A stretch of 61,038 nucleotides of DNA from a virus (IMGVR_UViG_3300025168_017075:1-61038), one strand, 5' to 3'; shown: positions 1 to 8,593, numbered from the stretch's first letter. A program made the numbers and translations. Notes: generated by a model not told the origin, from the sequence alone.

Positions 1-124
1 GATGTTTGTAAGTGACTAGATTTAACAAACAAATTTTATCTGTTTAGAAAAATAGAACAAGCCTGTGGATGACTTGAGTTGGAAAGTATCTTGGACGCGG
101 GTTCGACTCCCGCCGTCTCCACCA
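1..124 (+). ncRNA. ssrA: tmRNA, 3' portion (truncated by window start)
   Basis: Ends GGACGCGGGTTCGACTCCCGCCGTCTCCACCA (T-arm plus Ala-type acceptor end with CCA), preceded by AAGCCTGTGGA. This matches the canonical tmRNA 3' end; no tRNA anticodon arm lies upstream. Confidence 0.85.
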
Positions 125-131
125 TTTTAAA

Positions 132-344
132 ATGAAAGAAAAGAAAAAACTCCGAAGAGGGATGAGAGTCAAGCTTAAGACTGGACAGACAGTTATTATC
201 TTGGATGATCCTCCCGCTATAATCGGAAATAAAAATACAAAGTTGCGTGGTGGCCCTATTATTTTAGAGGACTATGTTTATGTTATTTCTCCAGATTATC
301 CAAATAAAGTTTTGATGGAGAAGATAGATGACATTGATTATTGA
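132..344 (+). CDS. hypothetical protein (70 aa)
   Basis: ORF directly after the tmRNA end, with phage-like composition; no motif recognised. Confidence 0.55.
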   Translation: MKEKKKLRRGMRVKLKTGQTVIILDDPPAIIGNKNTKLRGGPIILEDYVYVISPDYPNKVLMEKIDDIDY

Positions 345-355
345 CTACTTATGGT

Positions 356-428
356 GACAGGCTGGGATAGGTATGCTGGGGGGCTCTCCTTATTTTATGA
401 GGAATACCTATTTCAGTTCTGTCTTTTT
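356..428 (+). ncRNA. candidate structured small RNA / long hairpin with U-tract
   Basis: 356-374 pairs with 404-423 (several G-U pairs, one bulge); inner hairpin 387-403; followed by TTTTT and preceded by ACTACTTAT (344-352). Confidence 0.45.
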
Positions 429-440
429 AATACCTTAAGC

Positions 441-449
441 ACTATTTAC
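441..449 (+). promoter_or_regulatory. ACTATTTA motif, candidate phage late promoter
   Basis: Recurrent intergenic motif, starting 16 nt before the ATG at 457. Confidence 0.55.
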
Positions 450-456
450 TATCAGC

Positions 457-729
457 ATGACGAAATACATTGACATGGCAATGAAAATTGCTTCTCTTGC
501 AGTTATTCCGCTTCTCGGTTGGGTTATAAGCCTAGAAGTCGCTAATGCCGAAAGAGATTTTCAATTACAAGTGCTTTACAATAAAGTAGATAACCTTGAA
601 AAAGTCAATACAGCAGTTCAGGAGTACGCTGTTCGTCTCGGTCAAGTTGATCAGAAACTAGAGTCTATGGAAGACACAGTTGACGAGATACGGCAAGATA
701 TTAAAGATCTTCTCCGGAGAGAAGAGTAA
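457..729 (+). CDS. membrane-anchored coiled-coil protein
   Basis: N-terminal hydrophobic helix (IASLAVIPLLGWVISL) followed by a heptad-like helical region. Confidence 0.65.
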   Translation: MTKYIDMAMKIASLAVIPLLGWVISLEVANAERDFQLQVLYNKVDNLEKVNTAVQEYAVRLGQVDQKLESMEDTVDEIRQDIKDLLRREE

Positions 730-1100
730 TGAAGACGGAGCTGTTGATTACTGGTGCCATTATGCTCACCGCAATGGCAATCCCGTTAACCTGTACAACA
801 TCTCCTTCGCTAATGGAAGCATCAGCCGCGCAAGAAGCAATAGTTTCATCAGTTGATTCGCTAAAGACGGAAACAATGGATACTATAGACAAAGGTATTG
901 AGTTTGTTGGGGACATCGTGCTTCCCAGTGAAGAGCAAACGGATTGTGACGTTGTAATCGACTCTATGAGCGATAAATCTTCGAAGATTGACGAAGACAT
1001 ATCAGAAATAAAAAAAGATATAGAAGAACTTAAGAAAAGAAAGAAGAAAAAGAAAACAACACGAAAGAAAATAAAAAAGAAGAAAGTTGTTGACAAGTAA
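729..1100 (+). CDS. putative exported/membrane protein with Lys-rich tail
   Basis: Signal-peptide-like N-terminus followed by Cys; TAATG stop/start coupling with the upstream gene; C-terminal poly-Lys. Confidence 0.6.
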   Translation: MKTELLITGAIMLTAMAIPLTCTTSPSLMEASAAQEAIVSSVDSLKTETMDTIDKGIEFVGDIVLPSEEQTDCDVVIDSMSDKSSKIDEDISEIKKDIEELKKRKKKKKTTRKKIKKKKVVDK

Positions 1101-1118
1101 GTTTTAAAGTGTTATATT
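1090..1118 (+). promoter_or_regulatory. sigma70-type promoter
   Basis: TTGACA(1090-1095)-17 nt-TATATT(1113-1118) with extended TG and upstream A-tracts; RBS AAAGGAG at 1124-1130. Confidence 0.8.
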
Positions 1119-1136
1119 CTAAGAAAGGAGAAAGAA

Positions 1137-1316
1137 ATGAATCTTTTAGAAAAAATTAGAGAATTAGTTGCATCAACCGAAGAGGACCATGATAGGTTTT
1201 ATAGTAAGGGGAATGCAGCAGCAGGAACACGAGTTCGCAAGAATATGCAAGAGTTAAAATCTTTAGCACAAGAACTTCGCTTGGATGTTCAAGAAATTAA
1301 GAATTCAAACAAGTAA
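1137..1316 (+). CDS. histone H1-like nucleoid protein (Hc1 family), 59 aa; not in the ORF track
   Basis: Hand translation MNLLEKIRELVASTEEDHDRFYSKGNAAAGTRVRKNMQELKSLAQELRLDVQEIKNSNK contains the KGNxAAGTRxRK signature; strong RBS and promoter. Confidence 0.85.
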   Translation: MNLLEKIRELVASTEEDHDRFYSKGNAAAGTRVRKNMQELKSLAQELRLDVQEIKNSNK

Positions 1317-1330
1317 TTGACATTAATTAA

Positions 1331-1339
1331 ACTATTTAT
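1331..1339 (+). promoter_or_regulatory. ACTATTTAT motif, candidate late promoter
   Basis: Intergenic copy of the recurrent motif. Confidence 0.55.
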
Positions 1340-1369
1340 GGGTATGAACAAATCTGGGGGCAAAATGAA

Positions 1370-1549
1370 ATGTTCAGAAAGTTTAAGAAAGTCGGTGCAG
1401 TTTATCTAGCATTCGGCGCAGGAACTATTTTTGGTTCAATAATTGCTTCAATAGTAGGTACATTAATCTATCAAGTTGTCACAGGAAATGAAAACGCAAC
1501 AAAAATATTAAAAATTACAGAGTGTTTAGAAGAGAGGGCGGAAAAATAA
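1370..1549 (+). CDS. small membrane protein (59 aa); not in the ORF track
   Basis: MFRKFKKVGAVYLAFGAGTIFGSIIASIVGTLIYQVV...: basic N-terminus plus a long hydrophobic segment; GGGGG upstream. Confidence 0.55.
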   Translation: MFRKFKKVGAVYLAFGAGTIFGSIIASIVGTLIYQVVTGNENATKILKITECLEERAEK

Positions 1550-1638
1550 CTACCCCCCTTAAATCCCTTCGGCTGGGATGAGCGAACCTAAAACCATTGG
1601 AACCTTAAAAAAGCCCTTTCCTCCTCTCTTCTATCTTT

Positions 1639-1672
1639 GAAAGCCATCGCTTTGTCGGTGGCTTTCTTCTTT
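1639..1672 (+). terminator. rho-independent terminator
   Basis: GAAAGCCATCG-CTTTGT-CGGTGGCTTTC hairpin followed by TTCTTT. Confidence 0.7.
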
Positions 1673-1677
1673 GTGGG

Positions 1678-1686
1678 ACTATTTAT
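1678..1686 (+). promoter_or_regulatory. ACTATTTAT motif, candidate late promoter
   Basis: Lies immediately after the terminator and 43 nt before the phoH ATG. Confidence 0.6.
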
Positions 1687-1720
1687 TAGTAAGAGTCGAA
1701 GACTCACATAGGAAAAGTAA

Positions 1721-3076
1721 ATGAAAAAAATTTATGTTTTAGACACTAGTGTCTGCTTGTCTGATTCGAACTGCATCTTTGACTATGATAATAATGATGT
1801 TATTATCCCTCTCAAAGTATTGGAGGAGATCGATGGGCATAAGAAGAGGCAGGATGCTGTAGGCGTACAAGCAAGATCTGCAATAAGGTTGTTCGATGAG
1901 TTAAGAGAAAAAGGATCCTTACAAAAGGGCGTACGTCTTGGGAAAGGCAAAGGTATCCTTAAAGTTGCCTCTCATGGAGTTTCAGAGTTACCTGATGATT
2001 TGAATTGTGAGCATAACGATCACATTATTATATCTACTGCTCTCGCAGAAAAGAATTCTCAAGAAAAAAGAAAAGTAATTCTTGTTAGTCGCGACATTAA
2101 CATGAGAGTTATCGCTGACTCTATTGGTGTACTTTCAGAAGATTATGATAAAAATCAGGCAATAAGAAAAGAAAGCGATCTTTATTCTGGGTTTGCTAAA
2201 CATCTCGTAGATGAACAAATGGTAGATCAGTTCTACTCTGGGGAAAGCGTCTTTATTGATAAAGAAGAAAAAGTTGGGCTCTTGCCAAATCAGTTTATTA
2301 TGCTTGTCTCAAATACGAATGAAAAGAAGACTGCACTTTGCCGCTTCATGGGTTACATGTGGCCACTACAAAAGGTTCAGGAATACAAAAATGGGCTCTG
2401 GGGAGTTCGCGCCAGAAACAAAGAGCAATCATTTGCCCTTGACTTGTTAATGGATCCAGATGTTCAAATTGTATCTCTCATCGGTAAGGCAGGTTCGGGA
2501 AAGACTCTATTAGCTATCGCAGCGGGGTTAGAGCAAGTTGTAAGCAACAAGACGGTAATGAGTGCAGCCTTTGATAACAAAGGCTTCTCAGACGGCTTAT
2601 ACAGGCGTTTAATCGTATCTCGCCCAGTACAGCCTATGGGAAAAGACATTGGTTTCCTTCCGGGCACAATGGAAGACAAGATGAAACCTTGGTTGGCGCC
2701 AATCGAAGATAACTTAAAGTTCCTAACTGGTGATGACAACTCTACGCTAGAAATGTACATGGAAAAGGGCATCATTGAGATGGAGGCGCTTACTTACATA
2801 CGCGGCCGCTCAATCGCAAACTCATTTATTATTGTTGATGAGGCACAGAACCTTTCGCGCCACGAGGTAAAGACTATCCTCACAAGAGCCGGTGAGGGTA
2901 CAAAGATTGTCCTTACTGGTGATGTTGAGCAAATAGACAACATCTACATCAATGAGACCTCTACGGGCCTAGTACATGCAGTAGAAAGACTGAAGAAGTT
3001 CGATATCGCCGGCCATGTTACGCTACGCAAGGGCGAAAGATCTAAGCTAGCAACCGTCGCAGCAAAGAATTTATAA
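1721..3076 (+). CDS. phoH: PhoH-family ATPase with N-terminal PIN domain (PhoH2/YlaK type)
   Basis: YVLDTSV and VLEEID (PIN); Walker A GKAGSGKT; DIGFLPG, YIRGRS, DEAQN and TGDxxQID motifs. Confidence 0.93.
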   Translation: MKKIYVLDTSVCLSDSNCIFDYDNNDVIIPLKVLEEIDGHKKRQDAVGVQARSAIRLFDELREKGSLQKGVRLGKGKGILKVASHGVSELPDDLNCEHNDHIIISTALAEKNSQEKRKVILVSRDINMRVIADSIGVLSEDYDKNQAIRKESDLYSGFAKHLVDEQMVDQFYSGESVFIDKEEKVGLLPNQFIMLVSNTNEKKTALCRFMGYMWPLQKVQEYKNGLWGVRARNKEQSFALDLLMDPDVQIVSLIGKAGSGKTLLAIAAGLEQVVSNKTVMSAAFDNKGFSDGLYRRLIVSRPVQPMGKDIGFLPGTMEDKMKPWLAPIEDNLKFLTGDDNSTLEMYMEKGIIEMEALTYIRGRSIANSFIIVDEAQNLSRHEVKTILTRAGEGTKIVLTGDVEQIDNIYINETSTGLVHAVERLKKFDIAGHVTLRKGERSKLATVAAKNL

Positions 3077-3084
3077 AATAATAC

Positions 3085-3113
3085 TTGACTTTAGTGTTAA
3101 TTTAGGTTATAAT
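3085..3113 (+). promoter_or_regulatory. sigma70-type promoter
   Basis: TTGACT-17 nt-TATAAT. Confidence 0.8.
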
Positions 3114-3131
3114 TATATTATGGAGAATAAT

Positions 3132-3452
3132 ATGGAAGATCTTGGAAATAAAAGTCCCGAACTTGAAAAAGAGGTGGAAAAAGACACGCCGCTAAAAGAA
3201 TGGCTTGTAAATTATGTAGGTACAGAGTTTCAAAAGAATCTGGAAGAAGATAATAAGGAGTGGGATGGCTCTGTCACGGTAGAAATGATTGTAGAGATCG
3301 CTTCGAAAGAGTTTCCAGAATTTATGATGGCAATTGCAGAAGAGAATTGGATCAGGGGATATCATCAGGCCTTAGTTGACGTAAGAGAGGGAGAGAAGCT
3401 CTATAAAGAAGAGTTGAAAAAGCAAGAAGAAAAAAATGTCAACGAGGAATAG
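3132..3452 (+). CDS. hypothetical acidic protein
   Basis: ORF; ATG 3132 follows GGAG (an alternative leaderless start exists at 3120). Confidence 0.7.
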   Translation: MEDLGNKSPELEKEVEKDTPLKEWLVNYVGTEFQKNLEEDNKEWDGSVTVEMIVEIASKEFPEFMMAIAEENWIRGYHQALVDVREGEKLYKEELKKQEEKNVNEE

Positions 3453-4131
3453 AATAAAGGAAGCAATTGAGAGATCTGTCAAAAAGACGAAAGCACAGCA
3501 GAAAGAGTATCTACTTTTTGGAAGAATAATTGTTTATGTAAATGGAGAGTTGACCCAAGGCGTATCGATGGACGATACCATTAAAAGAGTAGAAGAAACA
3601 ATTCCGGCGCATCTAATGGACGAGATTGACTCTATATTCATTGGATACTTTGAAGAAAATGAAGAAAGAGCATTAGAAGCTCACTACGATTCGGGTGCCA
3701 TATACATATCAAACATGTTGGATAGAGATTTTGATTTTTTAGAAAATATAATTCATGAAGCATCTCATGCTGTAGAAAAACAGCATGGCCTACAAATATA
3801 TGGCGATAGAAAAATAGAAATTGAGTTTGCCGGCAAAAGAAAAAGACTTAAGAGTATTTTAAAAAATGAAGGCTTTAGCGTTGACGCTTACGATTTTATG
3901 AATACCGAATATAACGAAACGTTTGATAATTTTCTATATAAAGAGGTTGGGTATTCAAAGCTAGGTAGCGCTGTAATGGGCCTTTTTGTTTCTCCTTATG
4001 CCGCAACTTCCCTAGAAGAGTATTGGGCCGTTGGCTTTGAGGATTATTTTGTAGGCGATAGAGAGTACCTAAAAAAGATCAGCCCACAACTATTTAATAA
4101 AATTAAGGAGATTAAAGATGATATCGAATAA
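3436..4131 (+). CDS. zincin-like metallopeptidase (HEXXH)
   Basis: IIHEASHAVE plus downstream SPYAATSLEEYWA, typical of LF-like/phage metallopeptidases. Confidence 0.7.
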   Translation: MSTRNRIKEAIERSVKKTKAQQKEYLLFGRIIVYVNGELTQGVSMDDTIKRVEETIPAHLMDEIDSIFIGYFEENEERALEAHYDSGAIYISNMLDRDFDFLENIIHEASHAVEKQHGLQIYGDRKIEIEFAGKRKRLKSILKNEGFSVDAYDFMNTEYNETFDNFLYKEVGYSKLGSAVMGLFVSPYAATSLEEYWAVGFEDYFVGDREYLKKISPQLFNKIKEIKDDIE

Positions 4132-4438
4132 CTGCAAAATTGAAGTCACAGAAGAGGGTGAGAATGTTTTAGTTAAAATTACATCTCCCATTTATGATCC
4201 CCTAAAGACCCCGCGTATAAGAGTTGGAGTACGCGATGTAGTGGATTATTTAAAAGATAAAGGCTATCCAGATGTAGAATGCATTAAGGGCGGTACCTTT
4301 AGCAATAGAAGAGCCACAGAAGAAAATTGGATTTTTTCAAAGAAAGCGCTTGACAAACCTGCTGAAAAGGTTATATTAAGTAAAGAGAAGAAAGCTGCGC
4401 CTAAAAATAAAAGTAAGGCAAAGAAAAAAGACAAGTAA
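4118..4438 (+). CDS. hypothetical protein, basic C-terminus
   Basis: ORF with RBS AAGGAG; overlaps the upstream stop. Confidence 0.65.
   Translation: MISNNCKIEVTEEGENVLVKITSPIYDPLKTPRIRVGVRDVVDYLKDKGYPDVECIKGGTFSNRRATEENWIFSKKALDKPAEKVILSKEKKAAPKNKSKAKKKDK
4350..4377 (+). promoter_or_regulatory. sigma70-type promoter embedded in a CDS
   Basis: TTGACA-16 nt-TATATT, upstream of the nuclease and glycan operon. Confidence 0.55.
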
Positions 4439-4451
4439 GTAGAGGTGGGTA

Positions 4452-5225
4452 TTGTCACACATTTCCTTTTCGGAAATGAAGATTTGGAACGAATGTTCTT
4501 ATCGTCATAAATTAGAATATCTAGATGGCCTTCGGTCATTTATGGGTAATGAGTATACTGCGTTTGGCTCTGCCATTCATGATTTCTGTGAGAACATCTT
4601 GGTTAAAGAGATTAACGAAAACCACGAAGTGTATTTTACCAAGAAGTTTGAAGATAGAATTAAACCACTATTGAAAGACGAAGTTGATTTAGATGGCAAA
4701 CTATTGCGCCAAATGGAACTTCAAGGTTTTGACTTACTGCCAGAGATACTTCCGGGAGTTAACGATTATTTCGAGGACGGCTTCGAAGTACTCCAAACAG
4801 AAGAATCGCTATACGAGAATATGGAAGGCACTGACTATAAGTTCAAGGGCTTTATCGACCTCGTTGTAAAGACACCTGATGGAAAGATTCACATTATCGA
4901 CTGGAAGACCTGCTCTTGGGGCTGGAATAGGCAACGCCGTTCCGAGCCAATGACGACTTACCAGTTGACACTTTATAAAAACTTTTATGCCAAGAAGCAC
5001 GGCATCGATCCAAGCAAAATTGAGACACACTTTGCGCTCCTCAAGAGGACGGCAAAGAAAGGTAGCAAGGTAGAAATCTTCCGAGTTACCAGTGGCCCAA
5101 GGAAGACGACCAGTGCTATGGCACTATTAAACAGAGCAATACAAAACATAGAAAAAAAGACATCCATTAAAAATCGTCTTTCTTGCAAGTATTGTGCATT
5201 TTACAAAACGGAAAATTGTACATGA
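4452..5225 (+). CDS. PD-(D/E)XK nuclease (RecB/Cas4-like exonuclease)
   Basis: ISFS...C, FGSAIH, GFIDL...IIDWKT, QLxxY and C-terminal CKYC...C (Fe-S-like); TTG start after GAGGTGG. Confidence 0.88.
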   Translation: MSHISFSEMKIWNECSYRHKLEYLDGLRSFMGNEYTAFGSAIHDFCENILVKEINENHEVYFTKKFEDRIKPLLKDEVDLDGKLLRQMELQGFDLLPEILPGVNDYFEDGFEVLQTEESLYENMEGTDYKFKGFIDLVVKTPDGKIHIIDWKTCSWGWNRQRRSEPMTTYQLTLYKNFYAKKHGIDPSKIETHFALLKRTAKKGSKVEIFRVTSGPRKTTSAMALLNRAIQNIEKKTSIKNRLSCKYCAFYKTENCT

Positions 5226-6484
5226 AAAAAACAAAGATATTCGTGATATCAGATCACCCGCTAGCGCCATCCGGTGTTGGTACGCAAACAAAGTATTTTA
5301 TTGATGCTTTACTGGAGACAGGCAAATATAAGTTTGTTTGTTTTGGTGGCGCCATGAAGCACGAAAGCTATGAACCAGTAAAAACAGAACAATGGGGCGA
5401 TGATCTTGTAATTATTCCTGTTGATGGATATGGAACACATGATAGTGTTAGGTCTTTAATCAGAACAGAGAATCCTGATATTTTGTGGTTTATGACAGAT
5501 CCAAGATTTTACGAATGGCTTTGGGACATTGAAAATGAAGTTAGGCCGCTAATGCCAATGATCTATTATCATGTATGGGACAATTTTCCTGCACCCATGT
5601 ATAACAAGAAATTTTATGAATCCAATGATGTTATCGCATGTATATCCAAATTAACACGGGATGTTGTAAAAGAGGTAGCCCCAGATGTGTGGAGTACATA
5701 TTTACCCCATGCAGTAAATGATAAAATTTTCCAAAAACGAACTAAAAAAGAGATCGATGGCTTTAAGAAAGAGCATTTCGAACACATGAAAGATAAAGTT
5801 ATTTTCTTTTGGAACAATAGAAATGCGCGTAGAAAACAAAGCGGTACTTTAGTATATTGGTTTAATGAGTTTGCAGAGCAAGTCGGTCCTGAAAATGTAT
5901 GTTTGATAATGCACACTGATCCAAAAGACCCCAATGGTCAAGATCTTAATGTTATTATGCAGTCAGTAGGTGCCTCGGATGGTAGAATAATGATTTCTCC
6001 AAATAAAGTTCCCTCTGAAGGTTTAGCGACGATATACAACATGGTCGATTGTACAATTAATATTTCAGATGCAGAAGGGTTTGGTTTAGCAACTCTCGAA
6101 TCCCTTGCTTGCGGAACTCCAATTATTGTTAATATGACTGGTGGCCTACAAGAGCAAGTAACAGACGGCGAGGAGTGGTTTGGAGTTGGTCTTGAGCCAG
6201 CGTCTAAATCTATTATAGGATCCCAGCAGGTTCCATATATTTTTGAAGACAGGCTAAATAAAGAAGACTTTATCAGCGCCCTTCATAAAATTTATAATAT
6301 GTCTCCAGAAGAAAGAGAAGAACTTGGAGAAAAGGGAAGGCAGCACGTCTTAAAGAACTATAATTTTGAAAACTTCAAGAAACAATGGAATGATTTGATT
6401 GAAGAAGTTGTTGAAAAATGCGGCTCTTGGGAAGAAAGAAAAGGTTATAAATCTTGGGACATCAAGGAGGTAGTTTCGAAATGA
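5222..6484 (+). CDS. glycosyltransferase family 4
   Basis: SDHPLAPSGVG, RNARRK and EGFGLATLESLACGTP motifs; ATGA overlap with the upstream stop. Confidence 0.9.
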   Translation: MKKTKIFVISDHPLAPSGVGTQTKYFIDALLETGKYKFVCFGGAMKHESYEPVKTEQWGDDLVIIPVDGYGTHDSVRSLIRTENPDILWFMTDPRFYEWLWDIENEVRPLMPMIYYHVWDNFPAPMYNKKFYESNDVIACISKLTRDVVKEVAPDVWSTYLPHAVNDKIFQKRTKKEIDGFKKEHFEHMKDKVIFFWNNRNARRKQSGTLVYWFNEFAEQVGPENVCLIMHTDPKDPNGQDLNVIMQSVGASDGRIMISPNKVPSEGLATIYNMVDCTINISDAEGFGLATLESLACGTPIIVNMTGGLQEQVTDGEEWFGVGLEPASKSIIGSQQVPYIFEDRLNKEDFISALHKIYNMSPEEREELGEKGRQHVLKNYNFENFKKQWNDLIEEVVEKCGSWEERKGYKSWDIKEVVSK

Positions 6485-7755
6485 AAAAGATTATTGTAAG
6501 AGGTCCACTTTTGTCGGCATCAGGATATGGAGAGCAAAGCAGATTTGCGCTTCGTTCTTTGAGGGGTCATGAAGAAAGATTTGATATATATATGGCAACA
6601 ACTGAATGGGGCCAAACTGGCTGGGTGCACGATGATACCGAAGAGCGTCGTTGGATCGACAAGATTTTGGCTAAAACTATAGCATATATTCAGCAAGGCG
6701 GTCAATTTGATATCTCGTTGCAGATAACAATACCTAACGAGTGGGAAAGGATGGCACCAATAAACATTGGATATACTGCTGGAATTGAGACGACAAGAAC
6801 AGCGCCAGTGTGGCTAGAAAAAGCAAACATGATGGATAAGATTGTAGTTGTGTCAAATCATGCAAAAAATGTTTTTGAGAGTACAACATACAAAGGCACT
6901 GACCGAAATACTGGCGAAGAAATAACTTTAGCATGCCAGACTCCAATAGAAGTTGTAAATTATCCCGTTCGAAGTTCAAAAAATCTTGAGCTAGACCTTG
7001 ATTTAGAATATGACTTCAATTACCTTGCAGTAGCGCAATGGGGCCCTAGAAAAAATTTAGAGAATACAATTAAGTGGTTTATAGAAGAAAATTTTGATAG
7101 AAAAGTGGGATTGGTTGTAAAAACGTTTGTAAGAAAAAGCAACGTCATGGATAGAGAATATACTTATAAAAATTTACAAAACCTAATAAGCGCACATCCA
7201 GAAATGGAATGTAAGGTGTACCTTGTGCACGGAGACTTGTCGGATGATGAGATGCATTCTTTGTATAGAAATCCTAAAATTAAAGCCTTTGTTTCTTTGA
7301 CTCACGGCGAGGGTTATGGTTTGCCGCTTTTTGAGGCAGCGTACACAGGGATCCCAGTAGTAGCTCCAGGTTGGTCTGGCCAGTGTGACTTCTTGTATGC
7401 TCCTTTTGAATCAAAAAATAAAAAGAATAAAAAAGAAAAGATGCGGCCGTATTTCGCTGAAGTAGAATACACGATAGAACCAGTTCCTCAATCAGCTATA
7501 TGGGAAGGAGTTATACAGGCCGACTCGATGTGGTGTTATCCGCAAGAAGGCTCTTATAAGATGAGGCTTCGTCAGGTTTATAAAAACTATGATAAATGGA
7601 AATCAAAAGCAGATTACTTGCAAAAATGGATTTTAGATAATTTTACAAATGAAATACAATATGGTAAGTTTGCAAACGCTGTATATCAAGAAGAAAAGTT
7701 TGAAATCGAAGACTGGCTTAATGAACTAGAAAAAGAGGCGGTAGAGTTTGACTAA
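6481..7755 (+). CDS. glycosyltransferase family 4
   Basis: SGYG, PRKN and GEGYGLPLFEAA motifs; RBS AAGGAGG; ATGA overlap. Confidence 0.88.
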   Translation: MKKIIVRGPLLSASGYGEQSRFALRSLRGHEERFDIYMATTEWGQTGWVHDDTEERRWIDKILAKTIAYIQQGGQFDISLQITIPNEWERMAPINIGYTAGIETTRTAPVWLEKANMMDKIVVVSNHAKNVFESTTYKGTDRNTGEEITLACQTPIEVVNYPVRSSKNLELDLDLEYDFNYLAVAQWGPRKNLENTIKWFIEENFDRKVGLVVKTFVRKSNVMDREYTYKNLQNLISAHPEMECKVYLVHGDLSDDEMHSLYRNPKIKAFVSLTHGEGYGLPLFEAAYTGIPVVAPGWSGQCDFLYAPFESKNKKNKKEKMRPYFAEVEYTIEPVPQSAIWEGVIQADSMWCYPQEGSYKMRLRQVYKNYDKWKSKADYLQKWILDNFTNEIQYGKFANAVYQEEKFEIEDWLNELEKEAVEFD

Positions 7756-8593
7756 TGTATGTTTCATAGCAGACTTTTTTGTCAACCAAATAGCTGGAGG
7801 CGGTGAACTTAATAACGAAATCGTAATTAAAGATTTATCCGAAAATGGCTACAATGTGGAAAGAATGAATAGTCATTCTGCCGGACTGCAAAAGATTAAG
7901 GCTATGAAAGATGTATTCTTTATTGTATCAAACTTTATCAATCTTCACGAAGACAGCAAAGATTATATAGAAAAAAATACTGATTATGTCATATACGAGC
8001 ATGATCATAAATATTTAAAATCTAGAAACCCAGCAATGTACGAAGACTATCTAGCTCCGGAAGAGGAGATTATAAATTATAATTTTTATAAATCCGCAAA
8101 AGCTGTTTTTTGTCAATCAAATTTTCATTGTGAAATAGTAAGAAAAAATTTAAAACTTGACAATATAGTAAATTTAGGGGGAAACCTCTGGCATGAATCA
8201 GATTTAAAAAAGATGGAAGAAATTACATCCAGAGAAAAAAATAATATTTGTTCCATCATGGAGTCAATAGTAGATCACAAAAATACAAAAGGCTCAATTG
8301 TATATTGCAAATCAAAAGGCTATAAATACGAACTAATAGAGCCTTGTGACTATCATCAGTTTCTTGATAGGCTTGGTAAAAACGAAAAGCTTGTGTTCTT
8401 CCCCCTCACCCCAGAAACATTATCTAGAGTTGTTGTAGAGGCGAGAATGATGAATATGAAAGTTATAACAAACAATAGAGTCGGCGCGACAAGCGAAGAA
8501 TGGTTTAAACTTAAAGGTTTGGAATTAATTGACTTTATGAGACAAAAAAGAAAAGAAATAATACAAAATGTCGAGGAACATATTAATGGATAA
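7748..8593 (+). CDS. putative GT-B glycosyltransferase
   Basis: GGGE near the N-terminus; PETLSRVVVEARMM resembles the GT-B E-x7-E motif; TTG start. Confidence 0.65.
   Translation: MTNVCFIADFFVNQIAGGGELNNEIVIKDLSENGYNVERMNSHSAGLQKIKAMKDVFFIVSNFINLHEDSKDYIEKNTDYVIYEHDHKYLKSRNPAMYEDYLAPEEEIINYNFYKSAKAVFCQSNFHCEIVRKNLKLDNIVNLGGNLWHESDLKKMEEITSREKNNICSIMESIVDHKNTKGSIVYCKSKGYKYELIEPCDYHQFLDRLGKNEKLVFFPLTPETLSRVVVEARMMNMKVITNNRVGATSEEWFKLKGLELIDFMRQKRKEIIQNVEEHING

Noticed and set aside
93-124. tRNA gene
   Set aside because: Only the T-arm and acceptor 3' strand are present; the upstream sequence does not form D or anticodon arms and fits tmRNA.
701-1096. 131-aa minus-strand ORF with poly-Phe
   Set aside because: Antisense shadow of the Lys-rich + strand gene; no RBS or promoter support.
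4452-5225. Cas4 as part of a CRISPR-Cas system
   Set aside because: Solo Cas4/RecB-like nucleases are common in phages; no other cas genes or array in the window.
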